Origin: Carcharhinus amblyrhynchos
Taxonomy: Eukaryota
Assembly (NCBI GenBank): GCA_965287045.1
Contig: OZ336871.1
Span: 102,610,001 to 102,674,000, forward strand
DNA: 64,000 nt
Direction of reading: 5' to 3'
Each line of letters opens with the position of its first letter. Within the stretch, counting starts at the first letter, position 1. The position numbers were made by a program, and so were the translations under genes. Under the pieces are notes generated by a model, which was not told the origin of the DNA, searched no databases, and saw nothing but the letters and a program-made list of their open reading frames with translations. Shown here in pieces: positions 1 to 11,467 of this stretch.

Positions 1-180
1 AAAGATGTGCTATTAGGCTGATTGGAGGTAATAAATTGTCCCTAAATTAGTTTCCCTCAATGTGGAATGCCAAAATCATAGATAAGGGTCATGGGTGGAG
101 GGGGGACTGGTAATGTTAAAATGGCGGCGCGGGCTCGTTGGGCCGAAGGGCCTGTTTCCCAGGCTGTTTTTGTTCTTTGA
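1..180 (+). mobile_element. 3' part of HE1-like shark SINE (truncated by window edge)
   Basis: aaagatgtgc..tagg..gattgg V-domain end followed by CR1-derived tail gggccgaagggcctgtttcc, matching other SINE copies in the window. Confidence 0.6.
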
Positions 181-251
181 AACCATAACTGTATTGAAAA
201 CATAACTTATTCAGACTTACAAATATCTAAAAACTTCTTCTAAAACCGTAC

Positions 252-434
252 CTCCCTTCTGTCCAAAGCCGCATACTCTGCTTCCACTTCTTCAGCTTCT
301 GGATCTCGTGAAAATACCATCCGTGACTCAAGATTGAGAGCAAGATCCTTGTGATGCTGTTTCTCCGCACAGTCGCAGGGAGTATCTCTGTTTTCGTTTT
401 CTGCAAATAGGTCTGCATCATACTTAACTAAAAG
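252..434 (-). CDS. ANKIB1: ANKIB1 coding exon 3 (gene exon 4)
   Basis: Minus strand tttcag|...|gtacgg, 183 nt, translates [61 protein letters not shown], matching vertebrate ANKIB1; phase 0 fits the preceding exon. Absent from the ORF track, which shows another frame. Confidence 0.95.
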
Positions 435-559
435 CTGAAATCAATGAAAAAGAAAAATTAAGATCTTTTTGTCTCAGTTTTAATATGGTTTGTGAATCTA
501 GCCCATGCAAGTGAGACAGAGGTCATACGTTAAGTGAATCACAATAATGGGATTTGATT

Positions 560-1800
560 TCAAACCCAGACCACAATCAGTAAGGATCAGCAACAACAAC
601 ACCTCCACGATCATCCTTAACACCGGTGCCCCACAAGGCTGTGTTCTCAGCCCCCCCACTATATCTTTATACACCTATGACTGTGGGGCCAAATTCCCCT
701 CCAACTCGTTATTCAAGTTTGACGACCACATTAACGTAGTGGATCGAATCTCACAGAATGATGAGAGAGAATACAGGAATGACAGAGAATCCAGTGAACT
801 GGTGCGGCACAATAATCTCTCCCTTAATATCAAAACTAAGGAAATTGTCATTGACGCCAGGAAGCATAGTGGAGAACATGGCCTTGTCTACATCAACAGG
901 TATGAAGTAGAAATGGTTGAAAGCTTCAAGTTTTTAGGTGTCCAGATCACTAACAACCTGTCTTGGTCCCCCCAGGCTGACACTAAGAAAGCCCATCAGC
1001 GCCTCTATTTTCTCAGAAGACTAAGGAAATTTGGCATGTCCATTACAATTCTCACCAACTTTTACAGATGCACCATACAAAGCATTCTTTCTGGTTGTAT
1101 TATAGCTTGGTATGTATGACTCATGCTCTGCCCAAGAGCACAAGGTCGTGAACGTAGCCCAACCCATCATGCAAATGAGCCCCCCATTCATTGACTCTGT
1201 CTACACTTCCCATTGCCTTGGCAAAGCAGCCAGCATAATTAAGGATTCCATGGACCCTGGACATTTTCTCTTTCACTTTCAGAGAAAAGATACTAAAGTC
1301 TGAGGTCACGTACCAAACGACTCAAGGACAACTTCTTCCCTGTTGCCATCAGACTTTTGAATGGACCTACCTTGCATTAAGTGATCTTTCTCTACACTCT
1401 AGTGGTGGTTAACACTGCTGCTTCACACTGCTAGGGACCCGGGTTTGATTCCCAGCTTGGGTCACTGTTTGTGTGGAGTTGGCACGTTTCCTCCACCACC
1501 ACCACCACCACCACCCCCCCACCCCGCGTCTATGTGGGTTTCTTCCCACATTCTGAGCGACGTGCTGGTTAGGAGCATTGACCCGAACAGGTGCCAGACT
1601 GTGGCTATTAGAGGAATTTCACAGTAACTTCATTGCAGTAAGCCTTACTTGTGTTGAATAAATAAAACTTTACTTTAAGCCATGACTACAGCCTGCACTT
1701 CCTCGTTTCTTTTTCTACAAACAGTATGCTTTGTCCGTATAGCATGCAAGAAACAATACTTTTCACTGTGTATGAATACATGTGACAATAATAAATCAAA
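560..1800 (+). mobile_element. 5'-truncated Rex1/Babar-clade LINE (degenerate RT C-terminus), interrupted by a SINE
   Basis: ORF 547-1119 has GAPQGCVLSP, KF(A)DD, QRLYFLRRLRKF, FYRCTIQSIL motifs; ends gacaataataaatcaaa; homologous copy at 63320-63860. Confidence 0.8.
1402..1678 (+). mobile_element. tRNA-derived V-domain SINE (variant tail) nested in the Rex1 element
   Basis: A-box gtggttaacac, B-box ggtttgattcc, V-domain gtgggtttc; tail aataaataaaactttacttta; internal (cca)n expansion. Confidence 0.75.
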
Positions 1801-2039
1801 CCATTGGCCAAATTAAAAAGGGAAAGGAAGAAAAAGAATGGGGAAAATGAGCAAAAACAAGCGTATCAAAAGACTTGAATGGGGAGGGAAAATGCTGAGT
1901 AAAAACAAAGCAAATATCATTAATGTTCATATATGGTGTAAAAATTTACATTTTTAAGATGTTATTTCATAATAATTGCAAAGAACTTGCACTAAGCTAT
2001 ATTATGCTCATCAGCCCTTATTGGACTAGTTGTATTCTT

Positions 2040-2680
2040 TTATTCATTCATTGGAACTGGACATCACTGACTAGACCAGCATTTACTACCCATCCTAAAT
2101 TGTCCTCAAGGCAGTGGCAAGCTCCCTTCTGGAACTGCAATAGTTTATGTGGGACAGCTACTCCTACAGTGCTGTTATGGAGCAAGCATCAGGATTTTGA
2201 CCCAGGAGTGAAGAGGAGAACAGTGATACATTTTCAAATTAGGAACGTGTGTACCTTGGAAGTGTTATAAAGTGGAGATTGAAAGTGCTGGTGATGCTGT
2301 TCCCACGCACTTGCTGCCCTAATTCTTGTAGGTAATAGAGGCCACAGATTTGGAAGGTACTGTCAAAGGAGCCACGGCAAGTCACTGTGTGCTCATCTTG
2401 TAAATGATACACATTGCAGCCATGCTGCAAAAGGTGCAGGGAGGGTATGTTTAATTTGGTCAATGAAGTGTCTATCAGACTTTGGAGAAATCAGGTAGAA
2501 TTTTACTCGTCATAGAGTACCCAGTTCCTGACTGCTCTTGCAGTCAAAGTATTCATCCACTCCAGTTAAGTTATTGATCAATGACGACACTTAGGACATT
2601 AATGGTGAAGGTTTCATTTAAGGTGATGGCATTAAAAGTCAGTGGTTAGATTATTTTTTTTGAGAGATGGTAATTGAATG
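2040..2680 (-). mobile_element. 3' fragment of CR1/L2-group LINE
   Basis: tail reads tttattcattca..ccagcattta..ccatcc..aattg on + strand, the same 3' end as the copy ending at 29105. Confidence 0.6.
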
Positions 2681-2844
2681 AAGATTGCACTCAACCAGCT
2701 CACATTTACAAAACCCAAAACAAAATGCCTACTTTAGATATGTTTCTGCAATTGGGAACCACTTTCTGAACAATCCTGAGTGCTAATAATCTCACTAATA
2801 ACTAAATTAAGATAATTAGTTCAGTTCATAACATGGTTTATTGG

Positions 2845-3038
2845 CATTAAGGGGCAATTTAGCGTAGCCAATCCATCTAACCTGCACACATTTGGTCTGC
2901 AGGAGGAAACCGGAGAACCCAAAGGAAATTGTGAAAACATGGGGAGAATGTGCAAACTCCACCCAGTCACCCAAGGCTGGAATTGAACCCAGGTGCCTGG
3001 TGCTGCGAGGCAGCAGTGCTAATTCCTGCACCACTCTG
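2845..3038 (-). mobile_element. HE1-like SINE
   Basis: reverse-complement of tRNA head (tagcactgctgcctc..ggttcaattcc) plus V-domain. Confidence 0.8.
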
Positions 3039-3239
3039 TGAAACATTTTTCCATCCTACAAATGACCATCTGGTACCCTCAATATTTTTTCAAAGGAATG
3101 ATTACTGGCTTGAGAACAATTCAAGAGAAAGGTTGCAAATAGAATTCTCTCTCAAGCATTAGCATCTTTGAATCTCAATGAGCATAAAAATCACCACAGT
3201 AAATTAAACAGCAGTGTTCATTCAGAAGAGGTGCACTTT

Positions 3240-4075
3240 AGTACCAAGACAAGCACTTACTGCCCATGGCACACAGTATCCATGAGAAAGTGATGGTGAG
3301 CCACCTTCTTGAACCACTGTAGCCCACGTGGTTAAGGTATTCCCTCAGTGCTCTTAGATAGGGAGGTACCAGATTTCAACCCATGGATGACAAAAAAGTG
3401 ATATGTTTCTAATTCAGGATGACCCGTGGCTTGCAGTGGAACTTGCAGGTGTTGTTCCTCTGTTTCTTTTTGGGTGGTAGCAATTAGATTTTGTAGGCAC
3501 TGTTGAATAAGGTTTGGTGAGTTGCTGCAATGCACTTCACACACTATGGTCACATATGCTGGTGGCGGCACGAGTAAGTGGTTAATTAAGGTGGTGGGTG
3601 ATGTGCCAATCATGTTGGCTTCTTTGTCCTTGAGCATCACTGGAGCTGCATTCATCCAGGCAAGTGGAAAGTATTGCATTACATTCCTCGGGAGTCAAGA
3701 GGAGAATTGTTTAACACACAATAACCAATCTCTGACTTGCTCTTATAGCTAGTGTTTATATAGCAGTTCGGTTATATTTCTGGTCAATAGTAACTCTTAA
3801 GATGTTGATGGCTGAGGCTGAACAAAATAAATGTTGTTGAATGTCAAGGAGGGACTTTCATTGAGAGCAGTCGTTGCCTGGGCTTGTGTGTAATGCATAC
3901 TACTTGCCAAACTGAATTGCCCAGGTCTTTCTACATTTGGGCACATTTGCGAATTGTACAGTGCTCCATTTCAATTTGCAATCAGTGATCACCACCTGAC
4001 TTCTTGATGGAAGGAAGATCATTTATGAAGCTGTTTAGGCCAGAATATTCCCTGAGGAACTCCTGCACCAATACG
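3240..4075 (-). mobile_element. degenerate CR1/L2-group LINE 3' region
   Basis: same family as 2040-2680 and 27790-29105 (EQHLQVPLQ-type remnants, same tail). Confidence 0.55.
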
Positions 4076-4077
4076 GA

Positions 4078-4401
4078 AGTCATAGAATCATAGAATCCCT
4101 ACTGCGCAGAAAGAGGGTATCCAGCCCACACAGCCTGCCACCCATGCCCTAACCTCTCAACCCCATGCATTTACTCTGCCTGTTCCCTGACACTAAGGGG
4201 CAATTTACCTATTTTACATGGCCAATCAACCTAACCTACACATCTTTGGAGAGTGGGAGGAAACCGGGGCTCCTGGAGGAAACCCATGCAGACATGTGGA
4301 GAATGTACAAACGCCACACAAAAATCACTCAAGGCTGGAATTGAACCTGAGACCCTGGTGCTGTGACAGCAGTGCCAACCACTGTGCCACCATGCCACCC
4401 A
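4078..4401 (-). mobile_element. HE1-like SINE, near full length
   Basis: minus strand ggtggcatggtggcacagtggttggcactgctg head; (catagaat)n tail at 4081-4097. Confidence 0.85.
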
Positions 4402-4736
4402 TATGCTGGGACTGTGATCGGTCTCTAACAGCCATCTCCTTTCATGCAAGATTTCACTCCAGCAAGCGGAGTGTTTTCTCTCCCTCTCTTCCCCCCCCAC
4501 CAACTTTAATTTTATAAGGGCTTCTTGATGCCACACTTGGTCAAACGTTGCTTGATGTCAAGGACCGCAACTGAATCAGATGCGGAGATAAGTGAATAGA
4601 TTTTATATCACACAAAAAAAACTTCAGCAATGCTTGTATATTTTGCTGAATTCGCCTCAATGCGTTTTGGGAAGATGTATTGAGATTGTTCCCCCCCCCC
4701 CCCAAAAAACCTGGTTTCAGCAGGCCATATAACTTC

Positions 4737-4991
4737 TAAAGTTAAGTTTATTTATGAGTCGCAAGTAGGGCTTACATTAATACTGCATTGAAGTCACTGT
4801 GAAATTCCCCCAGTTGCCACAATCCGGCGCCTATTTGGGTCACTGCATTGAATCAGCACGTCTCCCACGACTGTGGGAGGAAACCTGAGCACCCAAGGGA
4901 AACCCATGCAGACACAGACAGTGACCCAAGCCAGGAACTGAACCTGGGATCCTAGTGCTGTGAGGCAGCAGTGTTAACCACTATGCCACCC
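4737..4991 (-). mobile_element. tRNA-derived SINE, variant tail
   Basis: head gtggcatagtggttaacactgctgcctcac; tail ..aaataaacttaacttt, as in 1402-1678. Confidence 0.75.
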
Positions 4992-4994
4992 ATT

Positions 4995-5930
4995 CTGTTT
5001 CTTGAAGAGGTAACAGAGAAGGTAGATAAGAGGCAAGAACAGAAAATGCTCAAAAGTCTCAGCAGGTCTGACAGCATCTGTGGAGACAGAACAATGCTAA
5101 TGTTTCGAGTCTAGATGACCCTTCAGAGCTCAAATGAAGGGACATCCAGACTTGAAATAGTCGCTCTATCTTCTCTCCACAGATTCTGTTAGACTTCCTG
5201 AGATTTGCGAGCATCTTCTATTTTTGTTTCTGATTCAAGCATCTACAGTAATTTGCTTTTAGGTGGATAAGTGCAATGCCGTTCATGTGGTGCATATGAA
5301 TTTTCAAAAAGGTATTTGATACATGGCATGCAACAGGCTTGAGAGTAAAATTCCAGCTAATGGAATAAAGGAAAAGTAGGCAGTTGGACAAGAAATTGGC
5401 TGAGTGGTAGAAAAACAGGATAGTGATAGGAATAGGAATAATTGTTTTTCACATTGGAGGAATGTTTGTCACGGAGTTCAGTAGGAGTCAGTGTTGGGAC
5501 CCTTGCTTTTCCTGATATATATGAATGACCAAGGCTGTGGAGTTAAGGGCATGATTTTAAAATTTACGGATGATATAAAAATTAGTGGCAGGTGAAGGTC
5601 AATGCAGGGAAGTGTGAAGGGATTCATTTTGACAGGAAGAATGTGGAGACACAGTATAAAATACATGGAAAAGCTCTTGAGGCGGTGCTGGAACAGAGGG
5701 GCTTTGGCGTATATGGACACAAGTCATTAAAGATGGCACAGCATATTGAGAGAGCAGTTAATAAAGCATATAGTACCCTACGTTTTATTAATAAGGGACT
5801 GCGTACAGAGTAAGCAAGTCATGTTGAACTTGTATAAGACACCAGTCAGACCTCATCTGGAGTACTAAACCCAATTCTGGGTGCCATATTTGAGGAAGGC
5901 TGTGAAGGCATGAGTGGGAATAGGAAGAAA
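4995..5930 (+). mobile_element. old degenerate CR1 LINE, left part (continues at 8261-8705)
   Basis: FLEEVTEKVDK..VHVVHMNFQK and GSVLGPLLFLIYMND remnants; split by the PLE hairpin and the young CR1. Confidence 0.7.
5031..5260. mobile_element. Penelope-like-element-derived fold-back element (family B) with degenerate hammerhead motif
   Basis: diverged inverted arms centred near 5128-5132, ~33-nt unpaired tail, TSD AGGTAGATAAG (5020-5030)/AGGTGGATAAG (5261-5271); minus strand ctga.gggtc-atcta-gactc-gaaa. Confidence 0.7.
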
Positions 5931-8260
5931 TTAGGGACCTTGCGGTGAAGGATCCTCTTGGAGAGAGTGATCATTGTATGGTGGAGTTTCTGGTGCAGAT
6001 GGAGGAGGAGAAAGTGGGTTCCCGGACACGTGTCCTTTGTTTGAACAGAGGGGAGTATGGTAGGATGAGAGAAGAATTGGCAAATGTGGACTGGGGGAGT
6101 GCGTTGGAAGGTAGGTCTGCTGAGGAGCAGTGGAGGATCTTTAAGGAGATCTTTCTTGGTGCTCAGCAGAAATTTATTCCGATGGTTAAAAAGGACAGTA
6201 GGAAGAGAGGTAATAAGCCGTGGATAACGAAGGAGGTGAAGGAAAGTGTTAAATTAAAAGCGGAGGAATTTAGAGTAGCTAAGAGCAGTGGGCGAGAAGA
6301 GGATTGGGAAAGGTTTAAATGTCAACAAAGATTGACAAAGAAGTTGATAAAGAAGGGTAGGAGAAGCTATGAGGCTGGGCTAGCACTTAATATAAAAAAG
6401 GATAGCAAGAGTTTTTATAAATATATAAAAAGGAAGAGGCTGGCTAGGGTGAACGTTGGTCCTTTAGAGGATGAGAAAGGGGAGCTAGTGGTAGGGGATG
6501 GGGATATGGCTAAGGTCTTGAATAACTTTTTTGTTTCTGTCTTCACGGAGGAGGACGTGAATAATTTGCCGGGTGTTAGCGATGGAAAGGTGGTAGGAAT
6601 GGAGGGTCTTAATGACATTACTGTTACTAGAGAGGTGGTGCTCGACAGACTGGAGGGGCTGATTGTGGACAAGTCCCCAGGACCGGATGGAATGCATCCG
6701 AGGGTTCTGAAAGAAATGGCGGAGGTGATAGTGGATGCCTTGGTGGTTATTTTCCAGACGTCGCTGGATTCCGGGGAAGTGCCGGAAGATTGGAAAACGG
6801 CTAATGTTACGCCGTTGTTTAAGAAGGGTGCCAGGCAAAAGGCGGGGAATTATAGGCCGGTTAGTTTAACGTCTGTGGTAGGTAAAATGTTAGAATCCGT
6901 CATTAAGCAGGAAATTGCGAGGCATCTTGAAGGGAATTGCTTGATAGGGCGGACGCAACACGGTTTCATTAAAGGGAAGTCGTGTCTGACAAATTTACTG
7001 GAGTTCTATGAGGATGTGTCTAGGGCAGTGGATAGAGGAGAGCCGGTGGATGTGGTCTTTCTGGATTTTCAGAAGGCGTTTGACAAGGTACCTCACAAGA
7101 GGTTATTGCAGAAGGTCAGGGGACATGGAGTTGGGGGTAGGGTGTTAGCGTGGATACAGGATTGGTTGTCAAATAGGAGGCAGAGAGTGGGGGTCAATGG
7201 GTGCTATTCGGATTGGCGGTTGGTGACTAGTGGGGTGCCCCAGGGGTCGGTGCTGGGGCCTCAGCTATTTACCATTTATATAGATGATCTGGAGGAGGGA
7301 ACCGAGTGCAGGGTGTCGAAATTTGCTGATGACACCAAGATTGGGGGAAAGGCAAATTGTGCGGAGGGTGTGGAGAGTCTGCAGAAGGATCTAGATAGGC
7401 TGGGCGAATGGGCCAGGAAATGGCAAATGGAATTTAATGTTGGCAAGTGTGAGGTGGTCCACTTTGGTAGGAAGAATGGTAGGAAGGACTATTACTTACG
7501 TGGCGAAAAACTGCAGCAGGTGACGGTGCAGAGGGACCTCGGGGTCCTTGTGCATGAGTCGCAAAAACCCAGCTTGCAGGTGCAGCAGGTGGTCAGGAAG
7601 GCGAATGGGATGCTGGCCTTCATAGCGAGGGGGATTGAATATAAAAGTAGGGAGGTCTTGCTGCAGCTGTATAGGGCATTGGTGAGGCCGCAGCTGGAGT
7701 ACTGTGTGCAGTTTTGGGCGCCGCACCTGCGCAAGGATATTTTGGCCCTGGAGGGAGTGCAGAGGAGGTTTACTAGGCTGATACCGGAGTTGAGGGGATT
7801 GAGCTATGAGGAGAGGCTGAATAAACTAGGCTTGTACTCGTTAGAGTTTAGAAGAATGAGGGGAGATCTCATTGAGACGTATAAGATGATGAATGGGATG
7901 GATAGGATAGAGGTGGAGAGACTCTTCCCGCTCAAAAAAGACAGTAGGACTAGGGGGCACAGCCTCAAGATAAAGGGGAGGCGGTTTAGAACGGAGTTGA
8001 GGAGGAACTTCTTCACTCAAAGGGTGGTGAATCTCTGGAATTCTCTGCCCGTTGAAGTGGTGGAGGCTGCCTCGCTAAATATTTTTAAGAAGCGGGTTGA
8101 TGGGTTCTTGATAAGAGAGGGGATTAAGGGTTATGGGGAGAGGGCGGGAAAGTGGAACTGAGCCACGACAGATCAGCCATGATCTTATTGAATGGCGGGG
8201 CAGGCTCGAAGGGCTAGATGGCCTACTCCTGCTCCTATTTCTTATGTTCTTATGTTCTTA
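5930..8260 (+). mobile_element. young 5'-truncated CR1 (HER1-like) LINE
   Basis: uninterrupted ORF 5945-8161, short 3'UTR and (ttcttatg)n tail at 8239-8260; CpGs retained. Confidence 0.95.
5945..8161 (+). CDS. CR1 ORF2 fragment (end of APE endonuclease + reverse transcriptase), 738 aa, no native start
   Basis: SDH (APE C-terminus), [43 protein letters not shown] motifs. Confidence 0.9.
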   Translation: MKDPLGESDHCMVEFLVQMEEEKVGSRTRVLCLNRGEYGRMREELANVDWGSALEGRSAEEQWRIFKEIFLGAQQKFIPMVKKDSRKRGNKPWITKEVKESVKLKAEEFRVAKSSGREEDWERFKCQQRLTKKLIKKGRRSYEAGLALNIKKDSKSFYKYIKRKRLARVNVGPLEDEKGELVVGDGDMAKVLNNFFVSVFTEEDVNNLPGVSDGKVVGMEGLNDITVTREVVLDRLEGLIVDKSPGPDGMHPRVLKEMAEVIVDALVVIFQTSLDSGEVPEDWKTANVTPLFKKGARQKAGNYRPVSLTSVVGKMLESVIKQEIARHLEGNCLIGRTQHGFIKGKSCLTNLLEFYEDVSRAVDRGEPVDVVFLDFQKAFDKVPHKRLLQKVRGHGVGGRVLAWIQDWLSNRRQRVGVNGCYSDWRLVTSGVPQGSVLGPQLFTIYIDDLEEGTECRVSKFADDTKIGGKANCAEGVESLQKDLDRLGEWARKWQMEFNVGKCEVVHFGRKNGRKDYYLRGEKLQQVTVQRDLGVLVHESQKPSLQVQQVVRKANGMLAFIARGIEYKSREVLLQLYRALVRPQLEYCVQFWAPHLRKDILALEGVQRRFTRLIPELRGLSYEERLNKLGLYSLEFRRMRGDLIETYKMMNGMDRIEVERLFPLKKDSRTRGHSLKIKGRRFRTELRRNFFTQRVVNLWNSLPVEVVEAASLNIFKKRVDGFLIREGIKGYGERAGKWN

Positions 8261-8705
8261 AGAATGATTCTAAGGATAAACAACTGTCTCTGTGAGGGTA
8301 GAATGGTGAGGTTGGCTCTATTTTCCTTGGAAATAAAAAGAATGCTGAGATGAGACTTGACAGAGTATTCAAGATCCTGAGAGATATGCTCAGGGTAAAT
8401 AGTGACAAACCATTCCCTTTCAACAGTACATGAAGACCTTGAGAGCACAGCTTCAAAATAATAGATGAAAGGAGTAGAAGTAATCAGGAAAAAGATTTTC
8501 ACCCAAAGAGTGAGTGGAGTCTGGAACAAACTTCCTGAGAGGGTGGTGGAGGTAGGTTCAAATCAAGGTATTCAAAAGAGAATTGTATTGTTATTTGAAA
8601 ACAAAGAATGTGCAAGGTGACAGGGGAGTGGAATTAGGCAGAATGCTCTTTCACACTTAGTGATAACTTGATGGGTCAAATGGCCGCCTGCACTGTAAAG
8701 ATTTT
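8261..8705 (+). mobile_element. old CR1 3' end (right part of element split by the young CR1)
   Basis: agaatgattcta (RMI) resumes the RFTRMI region; FTQRVSGVWNKLP remnant. Confidence 0.65.
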
Positions 8706-9032
8706 GCGATACTAGGGCAATCATCTCTAAGTCTTCGTTACTTACAGAAGCAGCTGAAAGCTATGCAATTCTACTGCAGAACTGTGGTTAGTCCCAGATT
8801 TGATCTTCTTTCCATTTATAGGTATCTGTCATTATCCCCTGGCTGTTGTGGATAAGATCACAACTCTTCAATGTGAGAACTGAATCTGTGTTCCCTCTAC
8901 ACTTTTGTGTCACCTTCTGGTATTTAAATGAACTGTAGTATTCATCATGTTTCATACAAGTCAGTCAGCAAATGTCAAACTAAGACAAAATTTATCTGTA
9001 CAAAAATGTAAACAAAATGTAGACACACGTTG

Positions 9033-9476
9033 TAGAACATAGAACATTACAGCGCAGTACAGGCCCATCGGCCCTCGATGTTGCGCCGAACAGTGGAACG
9101 AATCTAACGACCCTCTAACCTAAACTATTCCAATGTTATCCATATGCCTATCCAATGACCATTTGAACGCCCTTAAAGTTGACGCGTCCTCAACTGCTGC
9201 AGGCAGGGGCATTCCACGCCCTTACTACCCTCTGAGTAAAGAACGTACCTCTGACATCTGTCCTATAATTATCACCACTCAATTTAAAGCTATGCCCCCT
9301 CATGTTAGCCATCACCATCTGAAGAAAAAAGCTCTCACAGTCCACCTTATCTAATCCTCTGATCATCTTGTATGCCTCAATTAGGTCACCTCTTAACCTT
9401 CTTCTCTTTAACAAAAACAACCTCAAGTCCCTCAGCCTTCCTCATAAGACCAGACAACATCCTGGTAAACCTCCTT
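9033..9476 (-). mobile_element. CR1 3' fragment
   Basis: RRLRGDLIEAYK..FFTQRVVRAWN; tail agaacatagaacat on + strand. Confidence 0.85.
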
Positions 9477-9664
9477 GTGATTGTGATGATTTTTCTGCAA
9501 ATTTTCCACTGACATATTTTTAGAAAGGTTAAATTTGAAACTGAAATAAAGATTTCTGAAACTGATTGATTTGACCATTTCACAAAACAGGGAGAAAAAA
9601 AAAGTTTATACCATTCTAGAATATCGATCTAATCTCTTGCTTTGCATAATGCATATAACTAGCG

Positions 9665-11105
9665 ATGATCTTTGCATCGTCAATGGAGACGGGAGAGGTT
9701 CTGGAGGATTGCAGATGTGGTTCCTATTTTTAAGAAAGGGAACAGGGATAGCCCAGGAAATTACCAACCGGTGAGCCTGACCTCAGTGGTTGGCAAGTTG
9801 ATAGAGAGGATTCTAAGGGACAAGATTTATGAGCATTTAGAGAAGTTTAGAATGATCAGGAATAGTCAGCACGGCTTTGTCAAGGGCAAAGCTGAGTTCT
9901 GTGTGACTGAAGACATTGACGAAGGAAGAGCGGTGGACGTGGTTTACGTGGACTTCAGCAAGGCATTTGATAAGATCCCCCATGAAAGACTTCTTGAGAA
10001 GGTGAGAGGGCATGGGATCCAAGGGGCTTTGGCCTTGTGGATCCAGAACTGGCTTGCCAGCAGAAGGCAGAGAGTGGTTGTGGATGGGTCTTTTTCTGCA
10101 TGGAGGTCAGTCACCAGTGGAGTGCCCCAGGGATCTGTTCTAGGACCCTTGCTGTTTGTCATTTTCATAAATGACTTAAATGAGGAAGTGGAGGGATGGG
10201 TTAGCAAGTTCGCCAACGATACCAAGGTTGGTGGTGTTGTGGATAGTCTGGAGGAATTTCAGAAGTTGCAGCGTGACATAGATAGGATGCAAGACTGGGC
10301 GGAGAAGTGGCAGATGGACTTCAACGGGGATAAATGTGTAGTGGTCCATTTTGGCAGGACCAACAGGATGCAGGAGTACAATATCAAGAGTAGGAGCCTT
10401 AGCTGGGTTGAAGACCAGAAGGATCTTGGGGTCTGGGTCCATAGGACTCTTAAATCGGCCTCACAGGTGGAAGATGCGGTCAAGAAGGCATATGGTGTAC
10501 TGGCCTTCATTAATCAAGGGATTGAGTTTAGGAGTTGGGAGGTAATGCTGCAACTTTATAGGACCCTTGTCAGACCCCACGGAGTACTGTGCGCAGTTCT
10601 AGTCGCCTCACTACAGGAAGGATGTGGAAGCTATTGAGAGGGTGCAGAGGAGATTTACAAGGATGTTGCCTGGATTGGGAGGCACGCCTTATGAAGATAG
10701 GTTGAGGGAGCTAGATCTCTTCTCCCTGGAGATATGAAGGTTGAGAGGCGACCTGATAGAGGTTTATAAAATGTTGAGAGGAAAAGATAGGGTGGATTCT
10801 CGGAGGCTCTTTCCCAGGGCTGAAATGGCCGCTATGAGAGAACACAGGTATAAGGTGCTGGGAAGCAAGTACAGAGATGTTAGGGGAAAGTTTTTCACTC
10901 AGAGGGTGGTGAGTGAGTGGAATCGGATGCCATCAGTGGTGGTACAGGCCAACTCACTGGGGTCTTTTAAAAGACTTCTGGATGAGTATATGGGATCTAA
11001 TGGCATTGGAAGTTACAGATAGTTCTATGGCTTGGTAGGTATAGATGTGATCGGTGCAACTTGTGGGCCGAAGGGCCTGTTCGTGCTGTAGTGTTATGTT
11101 CTATA
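9665..11105 (+). mobile_element. 5'-truncated CR1 LINE with frameshifts
   Basis: ORFs 9672-10637 and 10741-11022 carry RT motifs; tail tgttatgttctata ends ~60 nt from an ANKIB1 splice donor. Confidence 0.9.
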
Positions 11106-11166
11106 ACTAGGATTGGCATCTAAACTAGGAATTATCTAAACCTCATGGCAACTAGAAGGCAATTAC

Positions 11167-11467
11167 CTCTACACATGTTTTCATCCCTGAGGCAGCAGCA
11201 TAGTGCAAAGGTGTGAACTTTTTGTTATCAGTGGCATTGCTTTCAGCCTTCTCGAACTCGCCTCGATCCAGTCTTGCACCCTTCCACTTGAGAATCAATT
11301 GAAGACATTCAGCTCTCTTGCCATCATCTTCATTGGGTCGTGCAAGGCGCGGCTGTAGGGCTGCTTCAGGTAGCATGATATGCGGTCCCATACACAATAA
11401 ATGCAAAGCAGTCTCATTATGCACATTCCGCTTGTTTGGGTTCCCATCTTTAACATAAAGGAATATT
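11167..11467 (-). CDS. ANKIB1: ANKIB1 coding exon 2 (gene exon 3), ankyrin repeats
   Basis: aaacag|A ATA TTC...GTA GAG|gtaatt, 301 nt; [28 protein letters not shown]...[16 protein letters not shown]. Confidence 0.95.

Noticed and set aside
227-421. 64-aa ORF in the ORF track
   Set aside because: Wrong frame over the real ANKIB1 exon 252-434.
1445-1627. Polyproline ORF
   Set aside because: Produced by a (cca)n/poly-C expansion inside a SINE.
6415-8016. Several antisense ORFs (also 33449-33661, 34182-34415, 35061-35454)
   Set aside because: Shadow frames of CR1 ORF2; they recur only because the elements are near-identical.
5945-8161. Domesticated reverse transcriptase gene
   Set aside because: No native start, an intact retrotransposon tail and a near-identical decaying sister copy indicate a young insertion rather than a host gene.
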